This document shows, piece by piece, positions 23,154 to 32,413 of a stretch of 64,000 nucleotides of DNA; within the stretch, counting starts at the first letter, position 1; every line of letters starts with the position of its first letter. The notes beneath the pieces are model-generated. The model saw nothing but the letters and a program-made list of their open reading frames with translations. It had not been told where the DNA came from and ran no database searches. This DNA comes from a candidate division Kazan bacterium GW2011_GWA1_50_15. GTDB taxonomy: Bacteria > Patescibacteriota > Kazan-3B-28. The position numbers and the translations under genes were made by a program. The stretch is taken from NCBI GenBank assembly GCA_001029795.1, contig CP011216.1:211398-275397 (forward strand), written 5' to 3'.

Positions 23154-23399
23154 TTAGGCGTATACTTCCGTGCCTTCTTTGACCGGCTCCTTGGTCTGGA
23201 TGCCGACCACGTCGCCCTTTTTAGCCGCGTCCACGCTCGCCCGCTCTATCTGCATGGACTCCACCGGCTGGCTGAACTCCACTTCACCTTTCTTGAAGGT
23301 GAGCGTGTCGCCTAGCTTGACCGAGCTGTTTAAGGACACAATCGCTACTCCGATCTTGTCGTAGTAGTGTGTGACCTTACCGACTGGTTTATCCGCCAT
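23154..23399 (-). CDS. Small conserved-looking beta-barrel protein (81 aa)
   Basis: GGGAGG RBS and a TGcTATAAT extended -10 upstream. The pattern GKVTHYYDKIGVAIV...GD...G resembles small EF-Tu domain-2-like proteins (inference). Confidence 0.45.
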   Translation of the reverse strand: MADKPVGKVTHYYDKIGVAIVSLNSSVKLGDTLTFKKGEVEFSQPVESMQIERASVDAAKKGDVVGIQTKEPVKEGTEVYA

Positions 23400-23431
23400 A
23401 ATATCCTCCCGTGGGTTAGGACTATGACTAA

Positions 23432-23445
23432 TATATTATAGCACC
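23432..23445 (-). promoter_or_regulatory. Extended -10 promoter (TGcTATAAT on the minus strand) for ORF 23154..23399
   Basis: The reverse complement of 23432..23445 reads cggTGcTATAAT. Confidence 0.4.
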
Positions 23446-23781
23446 GAGGGGAAGTATCCCCTCAAACCCCTCTTTTCTTTTTTCTTTCAAGCGTTCACGC
23501 CCCGCTTGATCGGGGCCAAGACGAGCGCCGCATCGCGCTCGACGATGGGCACTTTGGCTTGTCAAAGTGCCATAAATCGCTTACGCAGTCGCTCTCGTTA
23601 TTCATCTCAAGCAATTGCCTTACCGCTCTCGCCAAACTTTCCCGGCAAGCCGGGATTCGAACAGCTGGCTCCGCGATGGCAATTGCTTGGATTCAGGACA
23701 CTCGAGCTCCAATGCTTGGCGGCGAAAGAGTACGCGCCTCCGACGAAGGGCCGGTAGAAGAAACGTCATTGAATAGATAAT

Positions 23782-23805
23782 AAAAAAGCCCTGTGACCCG
23801 GGGCT
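23782..23805 (-). terminator. Minus-strand rho-independent terminator inside the ORF-free region
   Basis: aaaaaaGCCCtgtgacccgGGGC: hairpin with an A-tract on the plus side (a U-tract for the minus transcript). Confidence 0.5.
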
Positions 23806-24298
23806 TGTGCTACACTGTAGCTGGCTAATGGCCGATCGGGTCCTTGAGAACCAGGCCTGTATCTGACCGAGAGGGTATGGAGTGCTGACACCTGCTCTGC
23901 AAGGTGGTTCTGACCGGTTAAGACATCAACTGGCGATTGACGGATACTGACCCGCAAGCCCGACAATTGGTCCTCCCCGACTGCTTGCCCGCTTGCGAGT
24001 CGGAGGGTATTGCGTCTTTACGCTGGGAAGCACAGAGATTGAGCAAGTTTCTATGCTTATGTTTAATACCTCCTGTCTTCTGGTGCAAACGCGGACTCGG
24101 CTTTTCTGGAATGGTTCTTAGGATGCCGGTGGGTTGTCTGCCGGGGCCCCGGTGATCCCTCACACCATCGGCGAGGTAACAGAGCAATAGTGATTGCTAA
24201 CCATTCTGGCTCGCAGGCATGCGGGGCCTAGCCCCGGGGAGGGGGTAAAAAGATGGTGAGGCAATCTGCGCCTCGTTACCTGGACTCATTGTTCTTTT

Positions 24299-24329
24299 TT
24301 TCTAACTCTGGCCCGGAGTATAAACGGGC
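24299..24329 (+). terminator. Plus-strand rho-independent terminator 5 nt from the der stop
   Basis: GCCCGgagtataaaCGGGC + TTTTTTATTTT. T-tract only on the plus strand, so it does not terminate der. Confidence 0.5.
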
Positions 24330-24333
24330 TTTT

Positions 24334-25665
24334 TTATTTTGTGGAACTTTTGATTAAGACGAAGCGGATGGGGGTGCCGGTGAAGTCCCAGAGGTTGCGG
24401 AGTTGCTTGTCGAGATACCGCAGATAAGTGAAGTGAACATCCTCGGGGTGGTTGGTTTTTAGTTGGATGATAGGCGGATTAACTCCGACCTGACGGACAA
24501 AGTAGATCTTGGGTGACTCGCGGCGGCCTTTGGGCGGCAGTTCGCGGACGGCCTTTAAGATAGTCCGGTTGAGGTCTTTGCTGGATATTTTTAAGTTCCG
24601 GGCCTGCCAGACCTGCAGGATGAGATCTTTGATCCTATCGACCCGCTGGCCGGTCAGGGCCGAGACATATAGGCGAGGCACCCAGGGGGCGAATTTATAT
24701 TTTTGGTCCAAGTATTTCTCGAATTCGGCGGTAATACTGGCGGATTTTTCCACTAAGTCCCATTTGTTGACGATCAAGATCGGGCTTTTGTAGTTGTCCA
24801 ATATCATCTGCATCACATGCATATCCTGCGCCAGCACGCCTTCGTGGCCTTCCATTAAAAGGAGGCAGATGTCGGCATTTTGGATGGAACGCAGAACATA
24901 CAGGGCGCTGACTTTTTCGATACCCACCTCAACTTTGCCGCGGCGGCGCAGACCGGCGGTGTCGATGAACTCAATGGTTTTGTCTTGATACGGGATGCTC
25001 TGATTGATAGCGTCCCGGGTGGTACCGGCGGTACTGCTGACCAAACTGCGTTCTTTGCCCACTAGTTTATTGAACAGGGTGGATTTGCCAACGTTGGGCC
25101 GGCCCAAAACCGCTACGCGCATAGTTTCAGTATCCTTTTTTCTGGTTCCGGTTTTGACCAATTTTATTTTTTTGAGCTGTTTCACCAGAGTATCCAACAT
25201 ATCCCCTACTCCCTTGCCGCTTAAACCGGAGGTGGCGAAGAGATGTGGGAAACCTAGCTTCAGGAAATCAGAGATGTTGGCTTCAGCGGCTTTGCTGTCG
25301 GTTTTGTTGACTAGCAGAATCACCGGTTTACCGAATCGACGGATAAGTTGAGCGGCTTCGGTGTCTTGGGGGTTCAACCCGGCCTTGGCGTCCACCATAA
25401 ACAAGATCAGGTCGGATGACTCCAGTGCCGTCTTGGTCTGCAAGAGGACGCTCTTGGCTATCTCGGATTTTTCATTCTGTTCAATACCAGCTGTGTCGGC
25501 CACGGTGAAAGTCAGCCCGTTCCAAGCCACATCGCCGAACAGCACATCTCGGGTGGTGCCGGCAATGTTCGACAAGATCGCCCGTCGTTCGCCGATCAGG
25601 CGGTTGAACAGGGTCGATTTGCCCGTATTCGGGCGACCGACAATTGCGACGAGATGCTGGGGCAT
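24334..25665 (-). CDS. der: Ribosome-associated GTPase Der/EngA (two tandem GTPase domains plus KH-like C-terminus)
   Basis: Two G1 motifs (GRPNTGKSTLFN; GRPNVGKSTLFN), DTAG in both domains, NKxD motifs. 443 aa. Confidence 0.9.
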   Translation of the reverse strand: MPQHLVAIVGRPNTGKSTLFNRLIGERRAILSNIAGTTRDVLFGDVAWNGLTFTVADTAGIEQNEKSEIAKSVLLQTKTALESSDLILFMVDAKAGLNPQDTEAAQLIRRFGKPVILLVNKTDSKAAEANISDFLKLGFPHLFATSGLSGKGVGDMLDTLVKQLKKIKLVKTGTRKKDTETMRVAVLGRPNVGKSTLFNKLVGKERSLVSSTAGTTRDAINQSIPYQDKTIEFIDTAGLRRRGKVEVGIEKVSALYVLRSIQNADICLLLMEGHEGVLAQDMHVMQMILDNYKSPILIVNKWDLVEKSASITAEFEKYLDQKYKFAPWVPRLYVSALTGQRVDRIKDLILQVWQARNLKISSKDLNRTILKAVRELPPKGRRESPKIYFVRQVGVNPPIIQLKTNHPEDVHFTYLRYLDKQLRNLWDFTGTPIRFVLIKSSTK

Positions 25666-25740
25666 AAATTAAAAATTAAAAAACTGTCTGATCTTGCCAT
25701 TTGGAGTTTGGCCTTTGTTTGTAATTTGACATTTGTAATT

Positions 25741-26673
25741 TTACTGAAGGGGTTCTATCCAAGAGTAGGCCTTCAGGGCCCAATCCAGGGCCTCCTTGCC
25801 TTCAGTGAAGCGATCCGGGCTATCTAGTAGTACCACGATTACCTTCTGGCCGCTATCCCCGATGGCTGAAGCTACCAGCGAAGCGCCGGCCTCGTCGGTG
25901 GTGCCGGTTTTGACTCCAATAACATTATCGTAGCGGCCGATGAGTTTGTTGGTGTTGTCGAGGGGATGGCGGAACTTGCCGGTGACATCCCTGGCGACGG
26001 TGGTTTTAACGGCAACGATCTCTGCAAAGGTGGTGTTAACTAGAGCAACTCGAGTCAGTTCGCCGAGATCACGGGCGGTGGAGTAGTGATCTGGGTCATC
26101 GAACCCGACTGGGTTAATAAAGTGGGTGTTAAATAATCCCAAAGTTTGGGCTTTAGAATTCATAAGTTGGGCGAAGTTGTCTTGACCTCCAGCGATATCA
26201 TAAGCGAAGGCTAGCGCAGCATCGTTGGCGGAGTGAATGAGGAGACCCTTGAGCAGGTTGAGTACCGTAATGCGTTCGCCTGAGTAGAGGTACATTTTAG
26301 AACCAGAGGTTTGGGTGGCTTCGGCGGGGACGATGATGACGGTGTCCAGATGGCTGCCGTATTTGTCCAAGACTACCAAGGCGGTCATGATCTTGGTGAT
26401 GGAGGCCATGGGCAGACGTTCGTCGTCGTTTTTGGCGAATAGGACACGGTTACTATCCTGGTCAAGAATAACCGCCGACTTGGTTTTTAGCTGAAGGTCG
26501 GGGTAGCTAGGGTTGCGCACAGGGCCGATTAGTACGTTAAGATTACGCGCGAACTGTTCGAGTGAGTAGTTGCGGTTGAATATATCAAATACCCCCAGTA
26601 GTTGAGACTGGACGGCATCCAGGGCACCCGTGAAGAATTGGGCAACTATCAGCAGAACGGACAGGGCTTGCAT
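25741..26673 (-). CDS. D-alanyl-D-alanine carboxypeptidase (PBP5/S11 family)
   Basis: Signal peptide. SxxK (ASITK), SxN (HSAND) and KTG (KTGTT) active-site motifs. Confidence 0.8.
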   Translation of the reverse strand: MQALSVLLIVAQFFTGALDAVQSQLLGVFDIFNRNYSLEQFARNLNVLIGPVRNPSYPDLQLKTKSAVILDQDSNRVLFAKNDDERLPMASITKIMTALVVLDKYGSHLDTVIIVPAEATQTSGSKMYLYSGERITVLNLLKGLLIHSANDAALAFAYDIAGGQDNFAQLMNSKAQTLGLFNTHFINPVGFDDPDHYSTARDLGELTRVALVNTTFAEIVAVKTTVARDVTGKFRHPLDNTNKLIGRYDNVIGVKTGTTDEAGASLVASAIGDSGQKVIVVLLDSPDRFTEGKEALDWALKAYSWIEPLQ

Positions 26674-26676
26674 CAG

Positions 26677-28068
26677 CTACTTCTTGATTAAATCTAAACC
26701 TAACTCTTTCAGCGTAGCGGCATCAGCAGTTTTTGGTGAATCCATCATTGGATCGCGGGCTTTGTCGGTCTTGGGGAAAGCGATAACCTCGCGGATATTA
26801 GGCTCGTTTTGGAGTAACATCACCAGCCGATCAATGCCCGGAGCGATACCGCCATGCGGCGGAGCGCCGTATTTGAAGGCGGTTAACATGTGGCCGAACT
26901 TGGCTTCAGCGGTCTTGGCGTCGATGCCGAGAATCATAAATATTTTCTGCTGAAGGGCAGAGTCGTGAATTCTTAGCGAGCCACTGCCAACTTCGTAGCC
27001 GTTTAAGACCAAGTCATATGAGGTGGACAGGACTTTTTCTGGTTTTTTGTCTAAAAGTTTAATTTGGTCTGGCTTGGGAGCGGTGAATGGGTGGTGTTCG
27101 GAAGTGAGCTTGCCGCCGTCTTTAGCGAACAGCGGGAAATCGGTGATGAAGCAGAAAGCCAATTCGTCTTTATTGGTTTTGTCTTTGCGGAGGTCGGGCT
27201 TGTCGGATTTATATTTGGCTTGGGCCTCGGCATAAGTCAGGCGCGGGAAGGGCTTGGTGAGTTTTTTATCAGGATAGAGTGTCTCAACTAGCTGGGTCAT
27301 TAATTCCTCGGTCAGTTGCAAAACATCTTCCTCGGCGACGAAAGACATCTCCAAGTCGAGTTGCGTGAACTCCGGCTGGCGATCGCCGCGAGAATCTTCG
27401 TCGCGCATACAGCGGGCGATCTGGTAATAACGCTCGAAGCCGGCCACCATCAAAAGTTGTTTGTATTGTTGCGGGCTTTGTGGGAGTGCGTAGAAAGAAC
27501 CCGGGTATTTGCGACTGGGTACGACATAGTCCCGCGCGCCTTCGGGCGTGGGGGCGGTCAAAATGGGGGTTTCTATCTCGACGAATTTACGTTCGTTAAG
27601 GAAATTGCGGATAAAGTTAACGACTTGGTGGCGCATCAGCAGGTTTCGGTGGATACGGTCGTGGCGCAGGTCGAGATAGCGATATTTGAGCCGGAGCTCT
27701 TCCTCCACGCCTTTGTCTTGGTCAATTTCAAAAGGCGGGGTCTCGGCCTCGGTTAGAACCTCCAGCCCGGTGGCTTGGACCTCAACTTTGCCAGTCGGAA
27801 TTTTTTCGTTGACGGCCTTACCGCCACGTTCAACCACTTGACCAGTAATACGAACTACAGATTCGATTTTCAGGCCCTCTGCCGTCTCGCGGGCGGGGTT
27901 TTTGGTATCAAAGACCACCTGCACCAGCCCAAAGCCGTCCCGCAGGTCCACAAAGACGATCTGGCCCATATTCCGCTTGGCGTGGACCCAGCCGTATAAA
28001 TTAACGCTCTCCCCTACTTTCTGGGGAGTATCAGCGGTAAAAGTCCGGTCTTGGTTTGGTTTTCCCAT
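26677..28068 (-). CDS. aspS: Aspartyl-tRNA synthetase, short archaeal/eukaryal-type lacking the GAD insertion; probably non-discriminating given GatCAB
   Basis: OB-fold N-terminus, class II motifs (FRNFLNERKFVEIETPIL; GAPPHGGIAPGIDRLVMLL). 463 aa. Confidence 0.85.
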   Translation of the reverse strand: MGKPNQDRTFTADTPQKVGESVNLYGWVHAKRNMGQIVFVDLRDGFGLVQVVFDTKNPARETAEGLKIESVVRITGQVVERGGKAVNEKIPTGKVEVQATGLEVLTEAETPPFEIDQDKGVEEELRLKYRYLDLRHDRIHRNLLMRHQVVNFIRNFLNERKFVEIETPILTAPTPEGARDYVVPSRKYPGSFYALPQSPQQYKQLLMVAGFERYYQIARCMRDEDSRGDRQPEFTQLDLEMSFVAEEDVLQLTEELMTQLVETLYPDKKLTKPFPRLTYAEAQAKYKSDKPDLRKDKTNKDELAFCFITDFPLFAKDGGKLTSEHHPFTAPKPDQIKLLDKKPEKVLSTSYDLVLNGYEVGSGSLRIHDSALQQKIFMILGIDAKTAEAKFGHMLTAFKYGAPPHGGIAPGIDRLVMLLQNEPNIREVIAFPKTDKARDPMMDSPKTADAATLKELGLDLIKK

Positions 28069-28111
28069 AGGCCAAAAATCCTCCTTAGCATACCAGAAAA
28101 TCTTGAGGTAA

Positions 28112-28138
28112 GAAAAAGCCCCGCATTAAGCGGGGCTA
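28112..28138 (-). terminator. Rho-independent terminator after membrane-protein gene 28136..28711
   Basis: aaaaAGCCCCGCattaaGCGGGGCT, overlapping the stop codon. Confidence 0.5.
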
Positions 28139-28711
28139 TAATACATCAGGGGGAGGTTTCTGCTCCTGCTTTTGGCTCGCGTCCATAGCTATGCTGCTCA
28201 ACTCAATACCAATGATGATAACGGCGAAGAACGCTGAACCGGCCGCAAAAGCCCACAACAAGGTATGGGCGTAATCAGTTAGACCACCGGTGGTGGCGAG
28301 GGCGAGAGCGATGAAATTTTCCGGTACAACCATGACCAGATTCGACAGCATAGCGCCAAGCACAAATGGCAATAAGACGGTGCTGGCAATGACCACAAAC
28401 CACCAATCTGCCCTACTAAGAGACTGAGGCGGAGTACGAAGCTTGTAGGTTCCGTTTTCGATATCCCTGATCGCCAGACAAGATATCGTCTGGAAAAAGG
28501 CCCAAACCGCCCGCAATGCGCACCAACCGAAGAGAAGTTTTAAACCACTCAGCATCTGCGAAATGGTCTCAGCTCGTTCAGGACTGACCGGCAGTATACC
28601 TTTGGGAAAGTATACAGACCAGAACGAGTGGTCGTGGCCGAGCATAACGTAAAGTACTCCAACTCCGATCCAAAGCAAAAACCAAACAAAGAGTTTGCGT
28701 TGGGCGCTCAT
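28136..28711 (-). CDS. Hypothetical polytopic membrane protein (191 aa)
   Basis: Multiple hydrophobic helices. Confidence 0.45.
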   Translation of the reverse strand: MSAQRKLFVWFLLWIGVGVLYVMLGHDHSFWSVYFPKGILPVSPERAETISQMLSGLKLLFGWCALRAVWAFFQTISCLAIRDIENGTYKLRTPPQSLSRADWWFVVIASTVLLPFVLGAMLSNLVMVVPENFIALALATTGGLTDYAHTLLWAFAAGSAFFAVIIIGIELSSIAMDASQKQEQKPPPDVL

Positions 28712-28786
28712 AGCGACCCCCCTTTTAGTTAAAGATCAAAAAGACACCTCAGCATAGCGCAGGGGTGAGATATAGACAAGTTCTAG

Positions 28787-29104
28787 TTAGCCGAGCGGTT
28801 TTCCAACCAAAAGAATGGTCAGTGAGTCGAAGATGTTTTTGAGAAGTGGGAGAATCCCAGGGAACAGGACGACTACCACAATCAACCAGAGCCAATTTTT
28901 CTGAATAAGTCGGAACAGGGCTGAAGCAATCGCTAGAACCAAAATCAGCGACACGATCCACTGATACTGTTCGGGAAAGATACTGATAAAACTGTTGTAG
29001 ACATCAAATAGCCGTTCAACAAAGCCCTTGGCTGCGGTATTGGCCGCCTGCTTGGCTTGGTCGGCGACAGCGTTCGTGAGCGTATTGGCTATCTCATTTC
29101 CCAT
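28787..29104 (-). CDS. Hypothetical small membrane protein (105 aa)
   Basis: Two hydrophobic helices. Confidence 0.4.
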   Translation of the reverse strand: MGNEIANTLTNAVADQAKQAANTAAKGFVERLFDVYNSFISIFPEQYQWIVSLILVLAIASALFRLIQKNWLWLIVVVVLFPGILPLLKNIFDSLTILLVGKPLG

Positions 29105-29133
29105 CTCAAGTTTATTTTAGCATAAGTTTTTGT

Positions 29134-29224
29134 TGTCATCCCGGGCTTGACCCGGGATCCAGATAGAAACAGGAAAATATTTTTTAGCAGGTCTAGATCC
29201 CGGCTCGGTGGCCGGAATGACGGA
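29134..29224. repeat. GC-rich palindromic repeat element (GTCATCCCGGGCTTGACCCGGGATCCAGA ... GGCCGGAATGACGGAG)
   Basis: Near-identical to the reverse complement of 22138..22164. Terminal GTCATCC / GGAATGAC inverted ends. Confidence 0.55.
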
Positions 29225-29233
29225 GAAAGGTGA

Positions 29234-30232
29234 TTATTTTAGGAGTGCTTTAAAATCCTCGACTAGCTTGACTGGGGTGGGATCGATTCCCATTCTCTGT
29301 GCCAAGTAGTAAGAGCTCCAGTCCATTACGCCTAAGGTTGAAAATATCTTCTCGAGGCGGGAACGGCCCATCATATCCCAAATGGTAGCCTTTAACCCAA
29401 TACCCTGCCCGCGGAGGACCTCGGCGGTGATTTCCATCCGTTTATTCGCCCGTGGGTCATCGTCTGGGTCGCGGAGGATAACTACGCGGTAGTTATCTCG
29501 GGTGTTGGTGAAACCGACCATCTCGTTATGGTTGATTTCGGGAAAAGTATTCCAAAAAGCCGGGATTTTTGAGTTCTCGTTCAGTTTTATTTTAGCGATA
29601 CGCGCCACCGGCCAGTAGGCGTCTGACGCGTATACAAGTGGGATAGTCCCAAATAAACTTTCACCAAGTTGTTTCCCGGGTAGTTCAGTGTTGACGGATG
29701 CAAGCCAGTCAGCCATCTCGCGGACCTGTTTTTCGGATACCCATGGCAAGTGACCGGCCTTGATCAACAGGGCGGTGAGAATCGCAAATATATAGCCAGA
29801 GGACATGCGTGGTTGAAAATCGGACGATTCTTTAATGGTTTTAATGTACTGTACACCATCTTTCATCGCGCGTTCCAACAACCGCCCGCCAGAAGCCATA
29901 GCGATAACTTGTGCGCCAGATTCGAGCGCTTGATCGTAAGCCGAGAGAGTTTCTTCGGTATTACCCGAGAATGAATTGGCGATAACCAAGGTTTTGTCGT
30001 CCAGCGGGAACGGAATGGTGTAGTTCCGGCTAATCAGCAGCGGTGTGGTGATGTCCTCGGCGAAGGCGGCGTTCACTAAATCTCCCGCCAGGGCGCTGCC
30101 ACCCATCCCGGTTAAAATAACTCTTTCGACTGGAGTGCGGACTTCGGTTTTTAGCGCTAAATCAAAGCCCTTGGCGAACTGGAGGGGGAAGTCCGCTATC
30201 ATTCGGTGCATGTTGGAGGGGTCTAAAGTCAT
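29234..30232 (-). CDS. Bifunctional phosphoglucose/phosphomannose isomerase (SIS-domain, archaeal-type PGI/PMI)
   Basis: SIS-domain motifs (ILTGMGGSALAGDLV; IANSFSGNTEET). 332 aa. Confidence 0.7.
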   Translation of the reverse strand: MTLDPSNMHRMIADFPLQFAKGFDLALKTEVRTPVERVILTGMGGSALAGDLVNAAFAEDITTPLLISRNYTIPFPLDDKTLVIANSFSGNTEETLSAYDQALESGAQVIAMASGGRLLERAMKDGVQYIKTIKESSDFQPRMSSGYIFAILTALLIKAGHLPWVSEKQVREMADWLASVNTELPGKQLGESLFGTIPLVYASDAYWPVARIAKIKLNENSKIPAFWNTFPEINHNEMVGFTNTRDNYRVVILRDPDDDPRANKRMEITAEVLRGQGIGLKATIWDMMGRSRLEKIFSTLGVMDWSSYYLAQRMGIDPTPVKLVEDFKALLK

Positions 30233-30278
30233 AAATGACTAAATTACAAAATTACAAATGACAAACAAATTCTAAATT

Positions 30279-31127
30279 CTAATTTTGGGCTAGGTGTTTG
30301 AGGGCGCGGATGTCTTTGAGGTCTTGCTTTGGGTCGCCTGTGCGGGGGGTCTCGAGAATGAACGGCAGATGTTTCAATTTACCGGCGTGGAGAAGATTTT
30401 TGAACCCTTCTATGCCGATCTCGCCTTTGCCGATGTTGGCGTGACGGTCTTTTTTGGAACCCAGCGGGAAGAGGGCGTCATTGGCGTGGATGAACTCGAG
30501 GTGCTTCAGACCTATCAGTTTATCAAATTTGGCGAGCAGCGCCGAAATATCCTTTTTCGTCCGCACATCAATACCCGAAACGAAGAGATGGCAGGTGTCG
30601 AGGGTAAAACCGAAACGTTTTTTGTTTTTGAGGCCTTTCCAAATAGCGCCAAGCTCTTCGATGGTATCGCCGATGCGGTTGCCGGCGCCGGCGTCGTTCT
30701 CCAGGATTAGTTTCACCGGCCATTTATCGTTCGTCAGCTCGGCTAAGCGGTTGAGAGTGATGATAGCATTAGCGATACCTTCGTTTTCACCCTCTTGATT
30801 ACTGCCGCAGTGGAAGTTATAACCGTCGGCTTGGATCGCGTAGGCCAGCTTGGCCTCATCTTTCATCTTTTTTAAGCTCAAGTTGCGCAAAGACGCCTTG
30901 TGGCTGGAGGGATTGGGCAGGTAGGCGGAGTGGACTAAAACTTTTTTGACCGGCGAATTTTTCCAGGCAGTTTTGAACTTCTCAACTTCTTTATCTGAAA
31001 CTGCCGGAGTAGCCCACATCTGGGGCGAGCCGACGAAAATCTGGATAGCGGTGGCACCTAATACCTCGGCTTCGGCAAAACATTTGTGGAGACCTCCGGC
31101 GGTAGAGACATGATATCCGAAAAGCAT
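30279..31127 (-). CDS. nfo: Endonuclease IV (AP endonuclease family 2)
   Basis: N-terminus MLFGYHVSTAGG, TIM-barrel Zn-ligand pattern (HSAYLPN; HANDA; DTCH). 282 aa. Confidence 0.85.
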   Translation of the reverse strand: MLFGYHVSTAGGLHKCFAEAEVLGATAIQIFVGSPQMWATPAVSDKEVEKFKTAWKNSPVKKVLVHSAYLPNPSSHKASLRNLSLKKMKDEAKLAYAIQADGYNFHCGSNQEGENEGIANAIITLNRLAELTNDKWPVKLILENDAGAGNRIGDTIEELGAIWKGLKNKKRFGFTLDTCHLFVSGIDVRTKKDISALLAKFDKLIGLKHLEFIHANDALFPLGSKKDRHANIGKGEIGIEGFKNLLHAGKLKHLPFILETPRTGDPKQDLKDIRALKHLAQN

Positions 31128-31167
31128 ACAGCCATTATATCAGGCGCTGGACCTACACCAACCAGTA

Positions 31168-32106
31168 TCAAGCCTCCTTTTTAACTAGGTTGGCGGGTTT
31201 GTCATCGCGTAGACCCAGGTAGACCGGTGCGCGGAGAATGTTATCGTTGGTCCACTCTAGAAATTTGAACTGGCCGACCAACTGCGGTTTAATCCAGGTG
31301 GTACCAGTATTGTCTAAGTCGTCTGCAAATGGCGAACGGGCAGTTTTGAGCCGACCCATGATTAGTTTCAGGCGGCGGCGTTCTAGCTGGGTGAACCCGG
31401 TTCCGACCTGACCGGCAAATTTCAGTTTGCCGCGGGCATAATAGCCGACAAGAACAGCGCCGAAGGTACGGGCGACTTTACCATAACCGCGGGTGAAACC
31501 GCCGATCACCAGTTCTTGTTCGTTGTGAGCTTTGATCTTCACCCAGCCGTATCCCCGCTTCCCCGGCAGATACTTGCTATCCTTCTTTTTGCCGATAATC
31601 CCTTCCCAACCGGAGCGCTTGGCCTTGGCGAACAGAGCCACACCTTTGCCATCAACGCCCTCGAGATATTTAATCCGAACGCTTTTAGCGATCCGCTTCA
31701 GCAGTTTTTTTCTGGCCACCAGTGGCTGGTTCGTAACTGACTTACCCTCCAGTGCCAAAATATCAAAAGCGTGATAAACGACCGGCACGGTGCGAGCTAA
31801 CCTGGCGATGATAGCCGGATTAGTTTGCTGCATCCGCGGCTGGAGGGCTTGGAACGAGCTCGCCACCCGTTTAGTGGCGGCCAATTCGCCATCCAACACC
31901 ACCGAGATTGTCGGCAGTTTGCGAGCGACCTCAACTATTTCCGGAAATTGGCGGCTCCGGTCAATTCCCCGGCGGGTAAATAGTTTGATGTTTTGGCGGT
32001 GTTTGACTAGAATAATGCGAGTGCCGTCTATCTTGCACTCAAAGAGCCAGTCCTTATCGTTGAAGGGTTTGTCTACTGGCTTACACAGCATAGGTGAGTA
32101 TCGCAT
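31168..32106 (-). CDS. ATP-dependent DNA ligase (compact LigD-ligase-domain/phage-like, 312 aa)
   Basis: Motif I KIDGTR (ECKIDGTRIIL), motif III/IV pattern, and a C-terminal OB region. Confidence 0.75.
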   Translation of the reverse strand: MRYSPMLCKPVDKPFNDKDWLFECKIDGTRIILVKHRQNIKLFTRRGIDRSRQFPEIVEVARKLPTISVVLDGELAATKRVASSFQALQPRMQQTNPAIIARLARTVPVVYHAFDILALEGKSVTNQPLVARKKLLKRIAKSVRIKYLEGVDGKGVALFAKAKRSGWEGIIGKKKDSKYLPGKRGYGWVKIKAHNEQELVIGGFTRGYGKVARTFGAVLVGYYARGKLKFAGQVGTGFTQLERRRLKLIMGRLKTARSPFADDLDNTGTTWIKPQLVGQFKFLEWTNDNILRAPVYLGLRDDKPANLVKKEA

Positions 32107-32170
32107 CGCTTTTATTGTAATACCTATTGGACTTGCCCGATAACCTCTGATAGGTTAGAATCGTTGGCGA

Positions 32171-32245
32171 GGCGCCATCGTCTAACGGTTAGGACGCAAG
32201 ATTCTCATTCTTGTAATCGGGGTTCGATTCCCCGTGGCGCTACCA
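32171..32245 (+). tRNA. tRNA-Glu (anticodon CTC), CCA encoded
   Basis: Manual fold: acceptor GGCGCCA/TGGCGCT (G1-U72), D-stem GTCT/GGAC, anticodon stem CAAGA/TCTTG with loop TTCTCAT, T-arm CGGGG-TTCGATT-CCCCG, discriminator A. Confidence 0.8.
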
Positions 32246-32249
32246 ACGG

Positions 32250-32274
32250 AAAATCGGGCTTGACCCGATTTTTT
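32250..32274. terminator. Bidirectional rho-independent terminator after tRNA-Glu; the hairpin core CGGGCTTGACCCG matches the palindromic repeat family
   Basis: AAAATCGGGcttgaCCCGATTTTtt. Confidence 0.6.
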
Positions 32275-32395
32275 GGTGGGCGTCCTGGGATTGAACCCTC
32301 GCGAAGCGGAAGGTTCGCTCACGAGGCCGCCTTATAAGATGTTGGGTTTACCATAAAGCGGCGAGTGGCGGGGCCCCACAGTAGTGGGGATACAC

Positions 32396-32413
32396 TTCCC
32401 CGTGGCGCTACCA
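32396..32413 (+). repeat. Exact 18-nt direct duplicate of the tRNA-Glu 3' end (TTCCCCGTGGCGCTACCA), att-scar-like
   Basis: Identical to 32228..32245 and lies 150 bp downstream. The interval 32275..32395 contains a tRNA-like 3' fragment on the minus strand (ends GGGTTCAATCCCAGGACGCCCACCA) that does not fold into a complete tRNA. Confidence 0.6.

Noticed and set aside
23811-24298. RNase P RNA, tmRNA or SRP RNA assignment for the ORF-free interval
   Set aside because: I searched by eye for the P4 strands (AGGAAAGUCCGGGC / ACAGAACCCGGCUUA), the tmRNA termini (GGGG...GGUUCGAAUCC...CCACCA) and the SRP GGAAGCAGC motif, and found no convincing matches. It is left as an unassigned ncRNA candidate.
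25705-30278. Inverted AT-rich ACAAATTACAAAT motifs as terminal inverted repeats of a 4.5 kb composite element
   Set aside because: The enclosed genes (dacA-like, aspS, pgi) are core functions. Similar motifs also occur singly elsewhere in the sense orientation, so a regulatory or spacer motif is more plausible than transposon ends.
32275-32395. Possible complete minus-strand tRNA next to tRNA-Glu (forward strand begins TGGTGGGCGTCCTGGGATTGAACCC)
   Set aside because: It has a CCA end and a T-loop-like segment, but I could not build a 7-bp acceptor stem or D/anticodon arms. It is treated as a tRNA fragment and reported as a finding, not a tRNA feature.
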